In this document: piece after piece, positions 38,435-51,124 of the stretch
How the letters are laid out: each line of letters begins with the position of its first letter
Numbering within the stretch: the stretch's first letter is position 1
Source: Camelus ferus
Taxonomy: Eukaryota
Assembly (NCBI RefSeq): GCF_009834535.1
Contig: NC_045698.1
Span: 1,676,001-1,740,000, forward strand
Length of the DNA stretch: 64,000 nucleotides
Direction of reading: 5' to 3'
Notes under the pieces: generated by a model
The model's database searches: none
What the model saw: the letters and a program-made list of their open reading frames with translations, nothing else
What the model was told of the DNA's origin: nothing
Translations under genes and position numbers: made by a program

Positions 38435-39098
38435 TTTTTTGTTTTTTTTTTTTAATATGGCTTTAATTGAAGTATAATCAGTTACAGTGTGTCCATTTCT
38501 GGTGCACAGCATCATGTTTCAGTCATACATGGCCGTACATATATTCCTTTTCAGACTCTTTTTCATTATCGGTTACTACAAGGTACTGAATACGGTTCCC
38601 TATGCTCTACAGTGGAAACATGTTGTTTATCCATATTACATATAGCAGTTATTATCTGCAAGTCTCGAACTCCCAATTTATACCTTCCCACCCGCTTGCC
38701 CCCCAGGTAACCATGAGCTTGTGTTCTGTGTCTGTGAGCCTGTCTCTGTTTTGAAAATAAGCTCATCTGTGTCATTTTTTTTTTAGAGTCCACAGATAAG
38801 TGATGTCATGTGGTGTTTGTCTTTCTCTGTCTGACTTACTTCACTAAGTGTGATGATCATCCGTGTTGCTGCAAATGACATTATTTTACTCTTTTTCATG
38901 GCTGAGTAGTATTCCATTATATGTAATATTTTTATGTATATATATCTCTCACAACTTCTTTATAATCATCTTTCAATTGACATTTTGATTCCATGTCTGG
39001 CTATTGTAAACAGTGCTGCTATGAACACTGGGGTCAATGTGTCTTTTCAAACTAGAGCTTCCTCTAGACACATGACCAGGAGTGGGATTGCTGGGTCA
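38435..39098 (-). mobile_element. Younger camelid-type L1 3' end nested in L1MB
   Basis: Poly-T at 38435, then taattgaagtata, tttctggtgcacagcat, catggctgagtagtattccatt, ending in aggagtgggattgctgggtca. Confidence 0.9.
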
Positions 39099-39870
39099 GG
39101 AAGCAGACGGGTATTTATCCTTTTGAGAACAGCTTATTTAACATAACGCCTTCACGGCTGATCAGTGTTGCAGCATGTGTCAGAGTTTATTTTTAAGACA
39201 AACGTATCCTGCCGTATGGATGGACCACGGTTTGTTGATCCATCCACCTCTCAGTGGGTACTTGGGATGCTCCCACATTTTGGCTGTGCTGCTTTGAACA
39301 CGGTGCACAGATATGGCTTCTGATCTTTGTTTTCAATTATTTTGAGCATCCAGCCAGGAGTAGAATAGCTGGGTCACATGGTCGTTTTAATTTCCACTTT
39401 TTGAGAAACTGCCACACTGTTTTCCACAGTGGCCACAGCATTTTACATCCTCACCAACCAGGCACAAGGAATCCAACTTGCCTACATCCTTGTCAACACT
39501 TTGTTATTTTCTAGAATTTTTTGGTGGAAGCCATTTTAATGAGTCTGAAGTAATATCTCATTGTGGTTTCAATTTGCATTTCCCTAGTGATTAGTGACAC
39601 TGAACATCTTCTCATGTGCTTATTGGCCGTGTGTATATCTTCTTTGGAGAAACGTCTGTCCGAGTCCCTTGTCATTCTGTAATCAAATCATCTGTTTCTT
39701 TGCTGTTGAGCAGTATGTGTTCTTTACACATTCTAGATATTAACCCTTTGTCAGATATGTGATTTGCAGATATTTTATTCCATTCTGTGGCTTGCCTTTT
39801 TACTCTGTCTTTTTATTCTGTGCCCTTTGATAAACACGAAAACTTTATCAGGCTTTAAAGCTAATTGTCC
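39099..39870 (-). mobile_element. L1MB-type ORF2 3' region (right piece)
   Basis: ttttgagaaactgccacactgttttccacagtggc, catccttgtcaacact, tatctcattgtggtttcaatttgcatttcc, tctttggagaaa. Confidence 0.9.
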
Positions 39871-40419
39871 TTTCAAAGAAACTAGAAACGAAGAGGAAAG
39901 GGCTGTAGAAAGCACCTGAGATTGCGCACGAGACTCTGCATGTAAAGCACCTACCAAGCTGGTCTGATGGGTGTTAGTTTTAGTGTATCTTTATTCTAAT
40001 AATAAAGCCATTGCTCTGAAAGTTTCTTTTAGAAGAACTTTTTAAAAAATTTCCTTTTGGAATCATTTTATAAAACACATGTTTAAAATTGCAAGGATAA
40101 TCGGCCTCATTATTCATAAACACATTTTATTTTAAGACACCAAATAAAACAGTACTGCTCTCTTGGTTATGGATTTTGCATTTAAATTTTCTTCACCTGC
40201 TAAGTGTTAGGAGACTTTGGGCTGGTTCTACATAGTAAATCAACTCCCAGCCAGAGAATGTTTGCTGGCACTGAAGGACATACAACCATAATACGATGTA
40301 CATTCTGACTATTCTGACCTTCAGTACCACAGCTTAAAATGGGCCTTGGGTTTAATGTGCCTTCCCATTGGAAACATCTTTCTTAAGAGAGAAAAATATA
40401 AATTTAAAAGCATAATTCA

Positions 40420-40515
40420 GGGGTGTATAGCTCAGTGGTAGAGCGCATGCTTAGCATATGTGAGGGCCTGGATTCAATCCCCAGTAAAAAAATAATAAAT
40501 AAATAAAATAAAAAT
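40420..40515 (+). mobile_element. Vic-1-type tRNA-Ala-derived SINE
   Basis: ggggtgtatagctcagtggtagagcgcatgcttagcat...ttcaatccccagta plus an A-rich tail. 14-bp TSD aaa(a/g)gcataattca at 40406-40419 and 40516-40529, at a TT/AAAA site. Confidence 0.95.
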
Positions 40516-43500
40516 AAAGGCATAATTCATGGATGGTCAATGAGCACACAGCAGCCTTCTCACTCACCTTGTAGAACTCACAAAACTCTACTGATCCTCA
40601 GTGCTATAACCGCGGTGTTGACACCCTCTGGTCTTCTGATGAGCCTGGCCACGGGCCATGTCTTTCTTTTTCCATCCTCTCTGCAGCTGAGTCACACAGC
40701 CAGCGTCACCCACCATCACCATCTGCAGGATTACATGACCAGCCAGATAGATGGATGGAGGGGCTTCAGAAACCCAAAGGTGATTTTGACGCTGCGCCAC
40801 TGTTGAGCTGATGACTGGCATCCTCTTTCAGCTGCAAAGCTCTGTAGCAACCTAAGAAGGAGAGAGAGTTATTCATTTATTCAACCAATAACTTCCAATC
40901 TGGCAAGTGTTCCATCCTGGAAATTCAGTGTGCCTGGATAAACAGCGATCCGGTCAACCTGACGACTACGTATGTTGCAATGGGTGCCAAGGCCCGTGCC
41001 CTTCTCCTTGCCGAACTGCTGCGCACCTGGACGGGTCCCGTTTGTGTCTGTTGTCTGAAGATGGATCGTTTTGACTGGTTGAGATCACCCAGCCAATCAC
41101 TCAGTTATGGGCTTCCTCCAAGACGCTTTGCATAACTCAATCCAAAATCACAGCAAAGAGCGAAGTTCTAACAAGCCGATTATTGGATCTGTGTTTTCTT
41201 GCAGAAGTACTGCCGCGTTAGCTTCGGTGCTTCTATTTTCGTTTTGTCCTAAGCTCCAATCCTTCAATAGTGATACACTGTGAGCAAGTAACTGGCGTGA
41301 TTTGAGCAATGACACAGGACTCTCAGCCAAAACAAATTCAGACAAAGAAATGAAAGTCTGCCTCTTTGAAATGCTCTGAGTGCCCAAAGCCAGCGGTGCA
41401 CATAATTATAAAATCCAAAGCCAGTGCATTCCTCAGCCGGCTCCACATCACAAAATCACCAAAAGCCAAGGAAGAACCAGATGGATGCCAGAGCCACGTC
41501 TCACGTGGCGTGATGTTCTCAGGGTGGCAGATCAAAGAGCATCTTTGGTAATGAAACTTAGCTTAAGCGGGAGTTGGTGAACAGACTTTGAGTAAAAGTT
41601 GATGAATGAGACGGTTCTTCTGGAAGTGACTCCAGAACCTGTTTATTTTTCATCCATTTCCAATGGACAGAAGCACGCTTAGGGAGATCCGTAAATTATT
41701 CCTGCCTGGACACTGAGTAACAACTGGGTTTCATTCCATTTACAGCCGAGGTGGAAACTTGACCCCACAGCCGGCGAGCGAGCGAGCGGTGGCGGGTGAC
41801 TCCCAGGTGCCGCTCAGCCACGCGGTTTCCAGGAGTCCGGGAGCAAAGGCAGGCAGCGAGAAGAAGGCGGTGCGTGGGGGCTCCGGGCAGCCAGGGACCA
41901 TGCTTGGGACGGCTCATTTCCCTTCTGAGGTTGCCTCTCTCTGTGGTTTGGAGGAGAGAACGCCCTTTCCTTCACACAGCGTAGTGATACGTTGGAGTCC
42001 TAGCTGTGCTTCTTGTATATTTTTAACGGCCTTTTTGGCTTAAATAAAAGCTGGCAACCTTTCGCGCAGCCCACAGTACATTTATTTTAATGACTGGTTC
42101 TTAAAAATGTATAGGTTTCAATCCGTTCTCACAGAAAACAGTTTAGACTGTGGAGCAAGAGGGTGGCGTGGAGTAAAGCGGGCGGAGGAGACAGCGGCGC
42201 GAGGGGACGGGGGGGGGGGGAGGCGGGCCTTGTCGGGGGAAGGGGAGCTGCTGGGACGAGGCCACATCGCGTGGGCTCAGACTTTACGGACCGGACGGCT
42301 CTCGCTGGACCATTTGCATCTCCGCCCCAGGCCAGCCCAACATTTTGTTCCAAACACGGTCGTGCAGCACCTGGTGGGGAACAGCCATGGTTTGGAGAGA
42401 CTACGGAGCAAATTCTAGGACATGGCTTCAAACAGATGACGAGATCTTGCAGAGGGAAGACATCCCTGTTGACGTGGAGTGAAGACCAGCACAGATGCCC
42501 ACAGACGTCACACCCCAGGCCGTGGCCTTGTCCGGCCGAAGGTGCACGAGTCGGAGGGACCAGGTGCTGACAGAGCGGCTGGAAAGCCAACCAACCCCAC
42601 CAGCGAAGACGCGGCTGCGTGCCGGCTGTGGCGCTTCCGCTCAGCCCCGCAGACAGCCTGCCCCGTTACAGCAGCCGTGGCAGAGTCGGCAGACACAACA
42701 CAGAGTGGGGCTTCAAAATGAGCAGCTTCCAAACTCCAGATCCAGACCTCCTTAGAAGGCCTTGTGGTCTGACTCTGTGGCTCGCAGCTTGGAGGACTGG
42801 TGGGTGCCTTGACGGACATGCAGAGGCTCACGCCGGAGACCAGCTGGGCTCACCAGGCTCTGCGGCAGAGCAGACCGTGTGCAGTGAGCTCGCTCATACC
42901 ATCACGCTGCTTAGATGCCCAAATTCTGTGTTAGCTTGTGCTGAGGATTTAAGAGAAGGGAAGGGTGTGTTACCCAGAAAAGGCTCAGCAGAACGAGGGT
43001 TTTGGAGCCTCAGTCTCCCGGTTTTACCCCCAGGTCATGTCATCAAAGAAGTCACACAGGTCATGGAGTTACCAAGGAAGGGTGCCTAGCCCGCTGCTCA
43101 GCCCAGCACGGCTGCAGATGGGAACCTTGAAGACGAGGGGCCGGGGGCCTGGCCTCTGCAGGGACAGCCAGTGTCGCACAGAGAGCAGAGATCTCCCCAG
43201 CCTCACAAAGTGTGGGGGGGGGGGGCGGCCAAGGACCGTGCTCTGGGGAAGCTCCCGCCTCGTTAGCCAGAGGTCCTTTCTCCCTGGCAGCTGGAAGGAA
43301 GCCCATCCCTGGCACCCTGCTTACAAGAGGGGCTTCTGACGGGCTCAGCGAGATCGAGGACACTTTGTTCAAACAAGTCCTTTGCGTGTTGTCTCCCAGA
43401 CACAGTTCCTTTTTTTTTTTTTTTTTTTCCCCAAATGAGCTGATGGAAATCAGAAAGCAGAAAAAGTGCACAGAAGTTCCAGCACCCACCTCCTCCCCGG

Positions 43501-43707
43501 TCCCCTGGCGGCCCCGCCCTCTTGTCTCCTCCTCCCCCAGTTCTCACCCTTCAGAGACGCTGATGTCTTTTCCTGTGGACTCAGAACCCCTCCCACTCTT
43601 CCCAGAGCAAGACGGGGCAGAACGAAAGAGTAAATTTTGCTCTGCAAATCTGATTTAGAATTTTCAAGTTTTAAAAAAGTGCTATATGTTTATCAAAAGT
43701 AATACAC

Positions 43708-43795
43708 GGCACGGTATATCTCAGTGGTAGAGCGCATGCTTAGCATGCATGAGGTCCTGCGTTCAATCTCCAGTACCTCCAAAAAAAAAAAAAAA
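43708..43795 (+). mobile_element. Vic-1-type tRNA-Ala-derived SINE
   Basis: ggtatatctcagtggtagagcgcatgcttagcatgcatgaggtcctgcgttcaatctccagtacctcc followed by poly-A. Confidence 0.95.
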
Positions 43796-43827
43796 CTTTT
43801 AAAAAGTAAAAAAAAAAAAAAAAAAAA

Positions 43828-44046
43828 GAAATACCTAACTACTGTATATAAAATAGATAAATAAGAAGTTTTTACTGTAGAGCACAGGGAACTATATTCA
43901 GTATCTTGTAGTGGCCTATAATGAAAAAGAACATGGAAATCAATATACGTGTATATGTATATGCGTGACTGAAACTTGATGCTGTGCACCAGAAACTGAC
44001 ACAACATTGTAATTGACTATACCTTCATTTTAAAAATTTTTCCAAA
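43828..44046 (+). mobile_element. Short 5'-truncated camelid-type L1 3'UTR
   Basis: tatataaaatagataa, agcacagggaactatattcagtatcttgta, gctgtgcaccagaaactgacacaacattgtaa. Confidence 0.9.
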
Positions 44047-44593
44047 AAAAGTAACACAGATAATAATAATCAGATGGTGACTAAGAAGAAAGGGGAAATC
44101 ATCCTTTTAGCGAATGTGTACATTTTGGATTTAAATACATCTTGTTAATTTCCTCCAGAAAACCTGCATCCTGGGCTGTGACCTGACACTGTGGACAGTG
44201 CCCACCTGGTTGTCCCCGTTAATGAAATGTTTGCCAGTTTGAAAACACGGACTTTTCGTTTCCACGTCACCGGCGCTTCCTGCCGTCAGCGCGCAGCAGA
44301 GCTTCGGTGGGTCTGAGGCCCCAGGCGTGGCGGCTGCTCCTCCTGCGTCTGGTCTCGAATTGCTGAGTGTGTATCCCCTTCTCAGTTTGCCTTAAATGTC
44401 GTATTTTTTTTCATTTTATCATTTCCTCTCTCTTGATGTTTGTTCTTTTTTGCCCTGGGAAGACTTTACATTTTTATTAGTCAAGTTTTTCATTCCTTGT
44501 CAGAATAATTTCAATCCATATTTAGGAAGCTCTCCTCGAAAACCAGAGCAACCTAACGAAAATGCCCTTAATTTTCTCCCTAAACTTCTGTGG

Positions 44594-44646
44594 TTTGTTT
44601 ATTTATTTATTTACTTATTTACTTATTTATTTATTTACTTATTTAC

Positions 44647-44681
<35 letters not shown>

Positions 44682-44683
44682 TT
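44594..44683. repeat. (TTTA)n microsatellite with CTTA variants
   Basis: Directly visible. It produces the FIYLFTYL-type ORF. Confidence 0.95.
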
Positions 44684-47600
44684 GTATCTGAATGTTTTTA
44701 CCCACCTTAAATTTATTTTCGTGTAAGATGCATAGTTATATTTTATCAGATGAATTTTTACATTAAGATTTTTCTATTTGAGGTATTTCTTTTTCCCAAA
44801 TGTGTAGCCAAGAGTTTCATCATGGAGTAAATACCCCATGATTTTCTGGTCATGTTTTCTGGCCTCCTTTGTAATTTGTCAGCTGCCACTCTGTTTTTTA
44901 TCTTTCCTCGGACAAGGAATTCAATTCCATTCTTTGTTCTGTTTTTTCCTAGACTAGCACTCGGTGATTTTAATCACTGGAAGTCTTTCGTAAAGTAATA
45001 TGAATAACTCTCAAAGAATTGTTCTTAAAATAAGTCCTCTACAGATAAAACTAGGTAATGACTAATGCAGAAGCAGACTAAGCCAGTAACAGGAGAGTGC
45101 AAGAGGAGCGTCGGCACCCGCAAGCCGGAAGGAGACGCGGGAGCCAGGGCTGTCAGAGGCATGTTGACACAAAGGCGGGCGAGATCAGCGACACCGAGGA
45201 CAGGATCCGACTCCACGGAGAGCGCCAAGGATCTGAGTCAGCGAGGCGACGTCACGGGGCAGCTGCGATGCCGTGCACCTCGGGTTGGCAAACCGACTCC
45301 ACCTGTGCTGGGTGGGCAAGTCCTGGATTAACACAGCCTCTAGTGGAGAAGACTGAGGGCCTTCACGCACCGCAATTCCAGCAGCAGCCATCAGGGCCAT
45401 TTCGGGCAGCAGCAATAGAATTAGCGTCTCCACGACGGACAGGAGGCACGCAAGTCAAGTCCCACTCCGTGCTGAGCACCCCTGCTCCCCCACAACTTCT
45501 CCACACTGGACGCCCAAACAGCAGCCCCTTGGGGAGGGGACTCAATACATATTTTTGGAAGTGATAATCTCTGTCTTAAGATTAGCACTTGCTGACAAGT
45601 ATTTGTGATTTTAGCATGTTCTCTCAAAACTATGTTTTAGAAAAATAACCCTTTTACCAACCAAAACTATGACATTTTAATAAGGAGACCACTACCCACT
45701 ATCTAAACACCTTTTCAAAAGTTGTTCCTAAGGATATTCCGTCTTCATTTGCATCACAGAGGCTGAATGCAGGTGGAAGGGAGCAGAGGCATTCTTACCT
45801 TCCACGACAGTGGAGCGCAGGCAGCTTCTCAGGAACGACACGTATCTCAAAAGTTACAATTTAATTGGCAGCACAAAATGTTACAGTTGATAATGAAATA
45901 GAAGACACTACAGAAAAAAAGGAAAGTGGTAAGAATATAAATCTGGAAACACATCTGAATCTCTAGAAAATAAAAGAGAGAGACTAAAGCAATTTCCCCC
46001 CTTGGTTTGAAAAAGGGATTTAGTTTAGGAAACAAAAAGAGATAAAGGGAAAAAGGAAGAGGAGCAGGAAGTGGAGAAACAGGGAAAGAAGGATCACACT
46101 GGTCTCTGGAAATGCCAAGAAGTGGATGCTTAACCAGGGAAATACCAAATGAAATAACTGCTCCAGCTTTTCAAGACCCCTCTATGCTCAGCATCCTGAG
46201 CCTGGGTCCACGTCTGCAGGCATCCCAGAGGGTGAGCTGCCCTCAGTCCCAGCTCCACAGCCAGGGAGGGAGGCCCAGGGGTTAGAGCAGCCTCGTGCCC
46301 CCACAGCGCCCACCGGCCCCGGGAGGAAGAGGAGTCGTACCCAGTGTTGAGTTGAAGCCTGAACCTGCTCCTGGAATCAGCTTCAGGGACGTCAGCTGCA
46401 TGAACAGGACCAGCTGAGCTGCTTCTGGCTCGGCCTGGGGACCTCACCCCGTGCAGAGCGCTGTGCTTTGGGACTTGCAAATGGACTTCTGCAGTCCACG
46501 CCATTCGTACGCTGAAGACTGCTCCTCTTTGCCACAGACGTCTTTGCCCGCTCCTGGGATGACAAAGGTAGCCGCTGTGAAAGCCGCCTTCGCTGTGAGC
46601 CCCGTTGATCCAAGTACTCCCTCTGAGAGCCCGGGGCTGGGGCCTTTGGAGCAGAGGTCCTCGGACCTTCTGGGGCTGCGTCTGCTCTGACTCCTCCCGC
46701 TGGCTGTGGGTGCCTTAAAGCCTTTCACCCAGACATCAAAGTGCAGACACAAATACGGTCCATCTGAGATAAAGTCACACAATAAGCAGAGCCACGTGCT
46801 CACTCCGGCCCAGACTTGTCATTATTTCAGCCAAGTCCACACTCCTCTCAGCTCCGCTGCTCAGAGGCTTGAGGTGACTGATAAAAGTAACGCAGTTGCT
46901 CGCTTACTTGTCCAAACACAGTGTGGAAAGTGTCAGGTTGTACTGCAACGTATAATTGCCACGAAAGTACATGTATGTCAAGTAAACAGTTATAGATAAA
47001 AGAAAGTCATTGTTCGGAAGATGGATTAATTAGTATTTAATTGCTATAAGTTGCAATTAATTCATTAATACTAGGAATGCAAGCTTGTAACAAATTAGTG
47101 AGGAACAAAAGAAGGCAACAAGGAACGTGAGGTCTCCTGCCAAATCCATAACCCGAGAGAGCGCCCACCACCCCCAGCCCTGACTGCCGCTGGTCAGGCA
47201 TCTCGAGGTCTTTGCCTTGGTCAAAACTCAGTTCCTCTAACCTCTAACCTCAGACATTCTTTCTAACCTCTAAAGTCATCTAATTCGGTATCCTGCTGAC
47301 GGCTCACATAAAGGTGATGCAGAAGTGGGTGTCTCCAGCTGACAGTACAGCTGAACGTAATTGGCTCGCTGGGAGGAGGCATTTGGAAGGCACGTTTGGA
47401 GGGACACAAGCCCTCCCCACCTCACTGCTTCCATGGATGCTTCTGGTAGCTCTGAAAGCTCGGGCACAAACCCAGCTCTGTCCCTACCGGGGGACTGGAT
47501 GTGCTGCCCATGGGCCTCATTTATCGCTCCTTCTGGCCCTGCCATTGGGAGTGGGGAGCTGGGCCACCCCCAGGGTGAAACATTCCCCCAGCCACACTGG

Positions 47601-50049
47601 CATCGCCAGGAGACCCAGGGGGACTCCTGCCCCATCAGTGGGCCCCCAGCCAGCTTCGCCTCCCACCCAGGCCCCGCCTTGGGCAGCCGCGCATCCTGGG
47701 CCCTGAGTCCGGCCGCTCCCTAGCAAATCAGAGCCCCACACACGACGGGGCTCCGGGCAGCAGCGCCGCCCACCCACTCCCGTCCACCCACCGCCTGCTC
47801 TTCCCGGCCTTCCCGACTTGTTTGCTGTCAGCAAAACAAGTGTGCGCCCTGCAATCCCACGGACAACAAAGCCCCCAGCGGCATCTCACGAGGGTGATGT
47901 CACCCAGGTAAAACTGCGCTGACAAGCTTTTAATTAAAGTTTCCCCACACATCTTTCCACGGGTCCCCGGAGCGATGATTCATTCTTTGCCGACTGCCAG
48001 CCAATTGTGAGTTGGGAGGGAAGTGTTTTCTTTTCAAAGCCCTTGCTGACAGCCAGAGAACACTCTGTTATACAATCTGTTTACGTTTTCACACACACTC
48101 ACACATGGTCTCGCTCAAGGGGAAATGGCCAGGCAGGGCGTTCGGTGTGCACAGAAGTGATTAAATGTACCTGCTGCCGGGGTGACGACGGGGGGTCGGG
48201 GAGCATCTCCTCGATAAACAGACCCCCTCCCGGCCCCTCCCTGGCGTGGCAAGGAGAGACGGCTCCGGGAACACAGGCCCAGACAGGTGTGTGGACCCCA
48301 GCTGGATCAGGAGGGTGCTTGGGGTCACCCGGCGCGTTACCAGCAGGAGATGCACCCACGCTGTTGGAACAGCAGCTCCGTGCCTCGTGTGGAGACCCAG
48401 GGAGCAAAGCAGCTTCTGTCAGCACTGAAGGCACCATCCACATCTCCTTGTCTGAGAACCTGCTTCTGCGGGGAGGCGCCCAGGTGTGGGGAGTGGGGCC
48501 TGAGCTGGGTTCCCCTGGTCCCCAGTCCCTGTTCCTGCTGGTGGAGCTTCTGCAGAACACGAGGCCTTCCTCAGGTCCCTGCATCACCAGGACAAACTCT
48601 CTAAAACCTGGAGAGGGAGGGCAGGTGACCCGACCTTCTGTCTGGAGTATGAAAAAGCCCATTTTCGCAGTGACCGTCAGATGGGGACACTCTCAACTCT
48701 CCTGTCAGGGCCACCTAGGACCTCCCCGAGCCACTGGGCCTTCAGCCACTGGGGTCCCATCCTGGATGCGCCCCTTGCTGGAGGGGACACACCACACAGA
48801 AGCCTGGCCTCCCCGGCCTCAGGGTGAGGGTGGGAATTCCTGACCCTTGGGCAGGTCACCTCCCGACCTCAAAAGGTGTGAGTTTGCCGAGGCTCCCTCA
48901 GTCCTGGAAGGGATGGTCAGACACCTCTAAACTTGTGAACTGCTGTGACCCGTCCCCCAGAGCCCCTTTTGCACCTCCTGTCATTGCCCCCAGTGGTGGA
49001 GCAGGACGAGGGTTGGGAGCCTCAGGTCAAGTGTGTGTGGGCCCAGGGTGCCTCCAGGGACGTCTCACCTGGGGTTTCGCTTCCAGAACGCCCAGAAAGA
49101 TTCGGCAGAGACTCACATTCTGATGGAAGCGGGTCCCTCACGCAGGCCCAGGACAGGTCCTGCTGCCCTCCCGTACCTCCTCCCGGCCTGTCCGTCTAAG
49201 TCATCTGTGAATTGGAATAAGAAAGTGTCCGCGTGTATATGCAGCCATCTGGAAACCTGCCCCTCCCCTGCCGCAGATGTGAGCGATGCGGGGGCCGCAG
49301 CCGTGGCCCCGGAGGGCGGCCCAGCACCGCACAGGCCAGGCCCTGCTCTCACCGCGCGGGGCAGGCTCGTACGCGGCACTGCCTTCGGCTTTCCTTGGCC
49401 ACAGAGACCTGGTGCGACGAGGATCCGTCCGAAGTGAGCTGCCGTGAATAGCCACATGCTCTGTGCCCTCGACGTGAATTCCCGCTGGCCACACCCCAGC
49501 CAGCGACCGCTTCCCTCCCCTCCTGCATCTCCCTCGGAGCCAGAAACGTCAACCCGCGGACTGAAAAGAATCCTGTGTCACAGGGCCACCATGGGAGACC
49601 GAGCCGGGATTCACTGCACCCCTTCGGGGACACTCGGGAAGTCCATTGTCCTCTTCGCCGCCACGCTGGGGCAGGCGTCCTGCTCTGGGGTCTGACACAT
49701 GGCCGGGCACCACTGGACCGAGGCCGGGAAGCAACATGGGACAGCTGGGTTGGACCTCTCCCGCCCAGCTCGGGCCCCAGCCTGCACGGAAGTGACCACA
49801 GGCGTCTGAAACAGCAGATCCTGAAACAATTCAAGCAAAGCTCACGGCTCTTCGAGGCGCGACATCACAACGCTGAGCCGGACGGGCCAGCCCCGCCCGC
49901 TGGAGCCCAGCTCTGGCCACAGACACCGAAACAAGCACCCAGGACGTCTGATGGGGCCGCAGGATGGAGCAGAGCGCCAGGGCCGGGGAGGCCGGAGGGG
50001 CTTGCGAGGCAGGAGGGGCCGGAGCACTGAGAAGGAATTACTCGTCAAA

Positions 50050-50410
50050 GGGAAGAGCAAAGAGGGCCACGCGGGGCACCAAGGCCAAGATGGTACCAGG
50101 AGAGGGAGAGATGGAGGGAGAAAGAGACAGATCACTCAAGCTTCTGGGGAGAGTCCATTGGGGGAGCGGTGAAGGAAGGAGGGGGCGAGGTTCCAGACGG
50201 GATGCAGAGCGGACCCGAGTCCCAGCCCCAGAGAATACTCCAGGGCAGCTGGCTTTGTCACAGAAGCAGCTGGAGCCCCTGGAAGTGGTGAGCAAGAAAG
50301 AGTGCATCCACTTCGCATCCTGGAGAGAACTTTCTAGTTGCTGGGTGGGCAGTGGATGAGAGAGGAGCCTGGAGGAGGCGGGGGGTGCTGGGGACACATC
50401 ACAGCCCCTC
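50050..50410 (-). mobile_element. Probable L2 fragment
   Basis: Purine-rich. ggagcccctggaagtggtgagcaagaaagagtgcatcc...ttctagttgctgggtgg resembles the L2 antisense core (gagccattggagggttttaagcag...ctctggctgctgtgtgg). Confidence 0.45.
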
Positions 50411-51124
50411 CCTCAGAGTGGGAGGGGTCCTCTGAGACCGAGCAGGGCCCGCGAGGATGGAGCAGGAAGGCCACGGCTCAGCAGAGCCTGCCCTGTGGGC
50501 TGCCTGGTGGGGACTCAGATGTCTGACGAGCACGTGTGTGAACACGTGGATGGATGGACGGATTCCATCAGCGGATGAGGAGAAAACCCTTCGCCCTCAG
50601 CTACCTGGAAGTCTCCTGATCTGGAGCTGGCTTAGTGGATCTAATCTGGCGTAACGCTCGAGGCAGTTAAAAAGTCTCCCCTGCCCCCCCCCCTCCACCG
50701 CGCTGTGGGCTGCAGGTCCCCCCTCTTCCGTCGGAGGTGGCCGACGGCTGCCCCAACCCGCACAGCGACAGAGGCCCAGCTTACACGCCTGAGGCTCGTT
50801 TAAAGCACACGGGCAGCGCCCACCTTGCTCTGCTGAGCCCACCTGCTCTGTCAGCTCTAAGAGGGTCGACCGCATGGAAGCATTCTGGCTGCCAGTCCCA
50901 GCACCAGACAGCTTTGCTCAGATTTTCTTCAAGTTATTCCTGCCTCATCCTATGGATCAGCCCAAACTCCATGAATTTCTGTCCAGACATTGCAAATCAG
51001 AGACACGCCACCTTCTCAGTGGTCTGTTTAAATTCTTAACTCCCTGAATATATTAGCAAACGAAAAGGGTTGTTTATGCCCTTAAGCTGTAGGTGATTTG
51101 TTCTGCATCAGCAGGAAGGGGACG

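Noticed and set aside
40420..40487. tRNA-Ala(AGC)-like sequence (also 43708-43780)
   Set aside because: Poly-A tails, TSDs and broken stems identify these as SINE heads, not tRNA genes.
45887..45928. 42-nt symmetric exon-like segment (DNEIEDTTEKKES, donor gtaaga)
   Set aside because: No polypyrimidine tract at the acceptor, and it lies in A-rich low-complexity DNA.
47234..47273. (TCTAACC)-like telomere-variant repeats
   Set aside because: Only about four interrupted heptamers, not a TTAGGG array.
48007..48843. Longest ORF (278 aa)
   Set aside because: Non-ATG start, no recognisable domain, and it overlaps long ORFs on the opposite strand.
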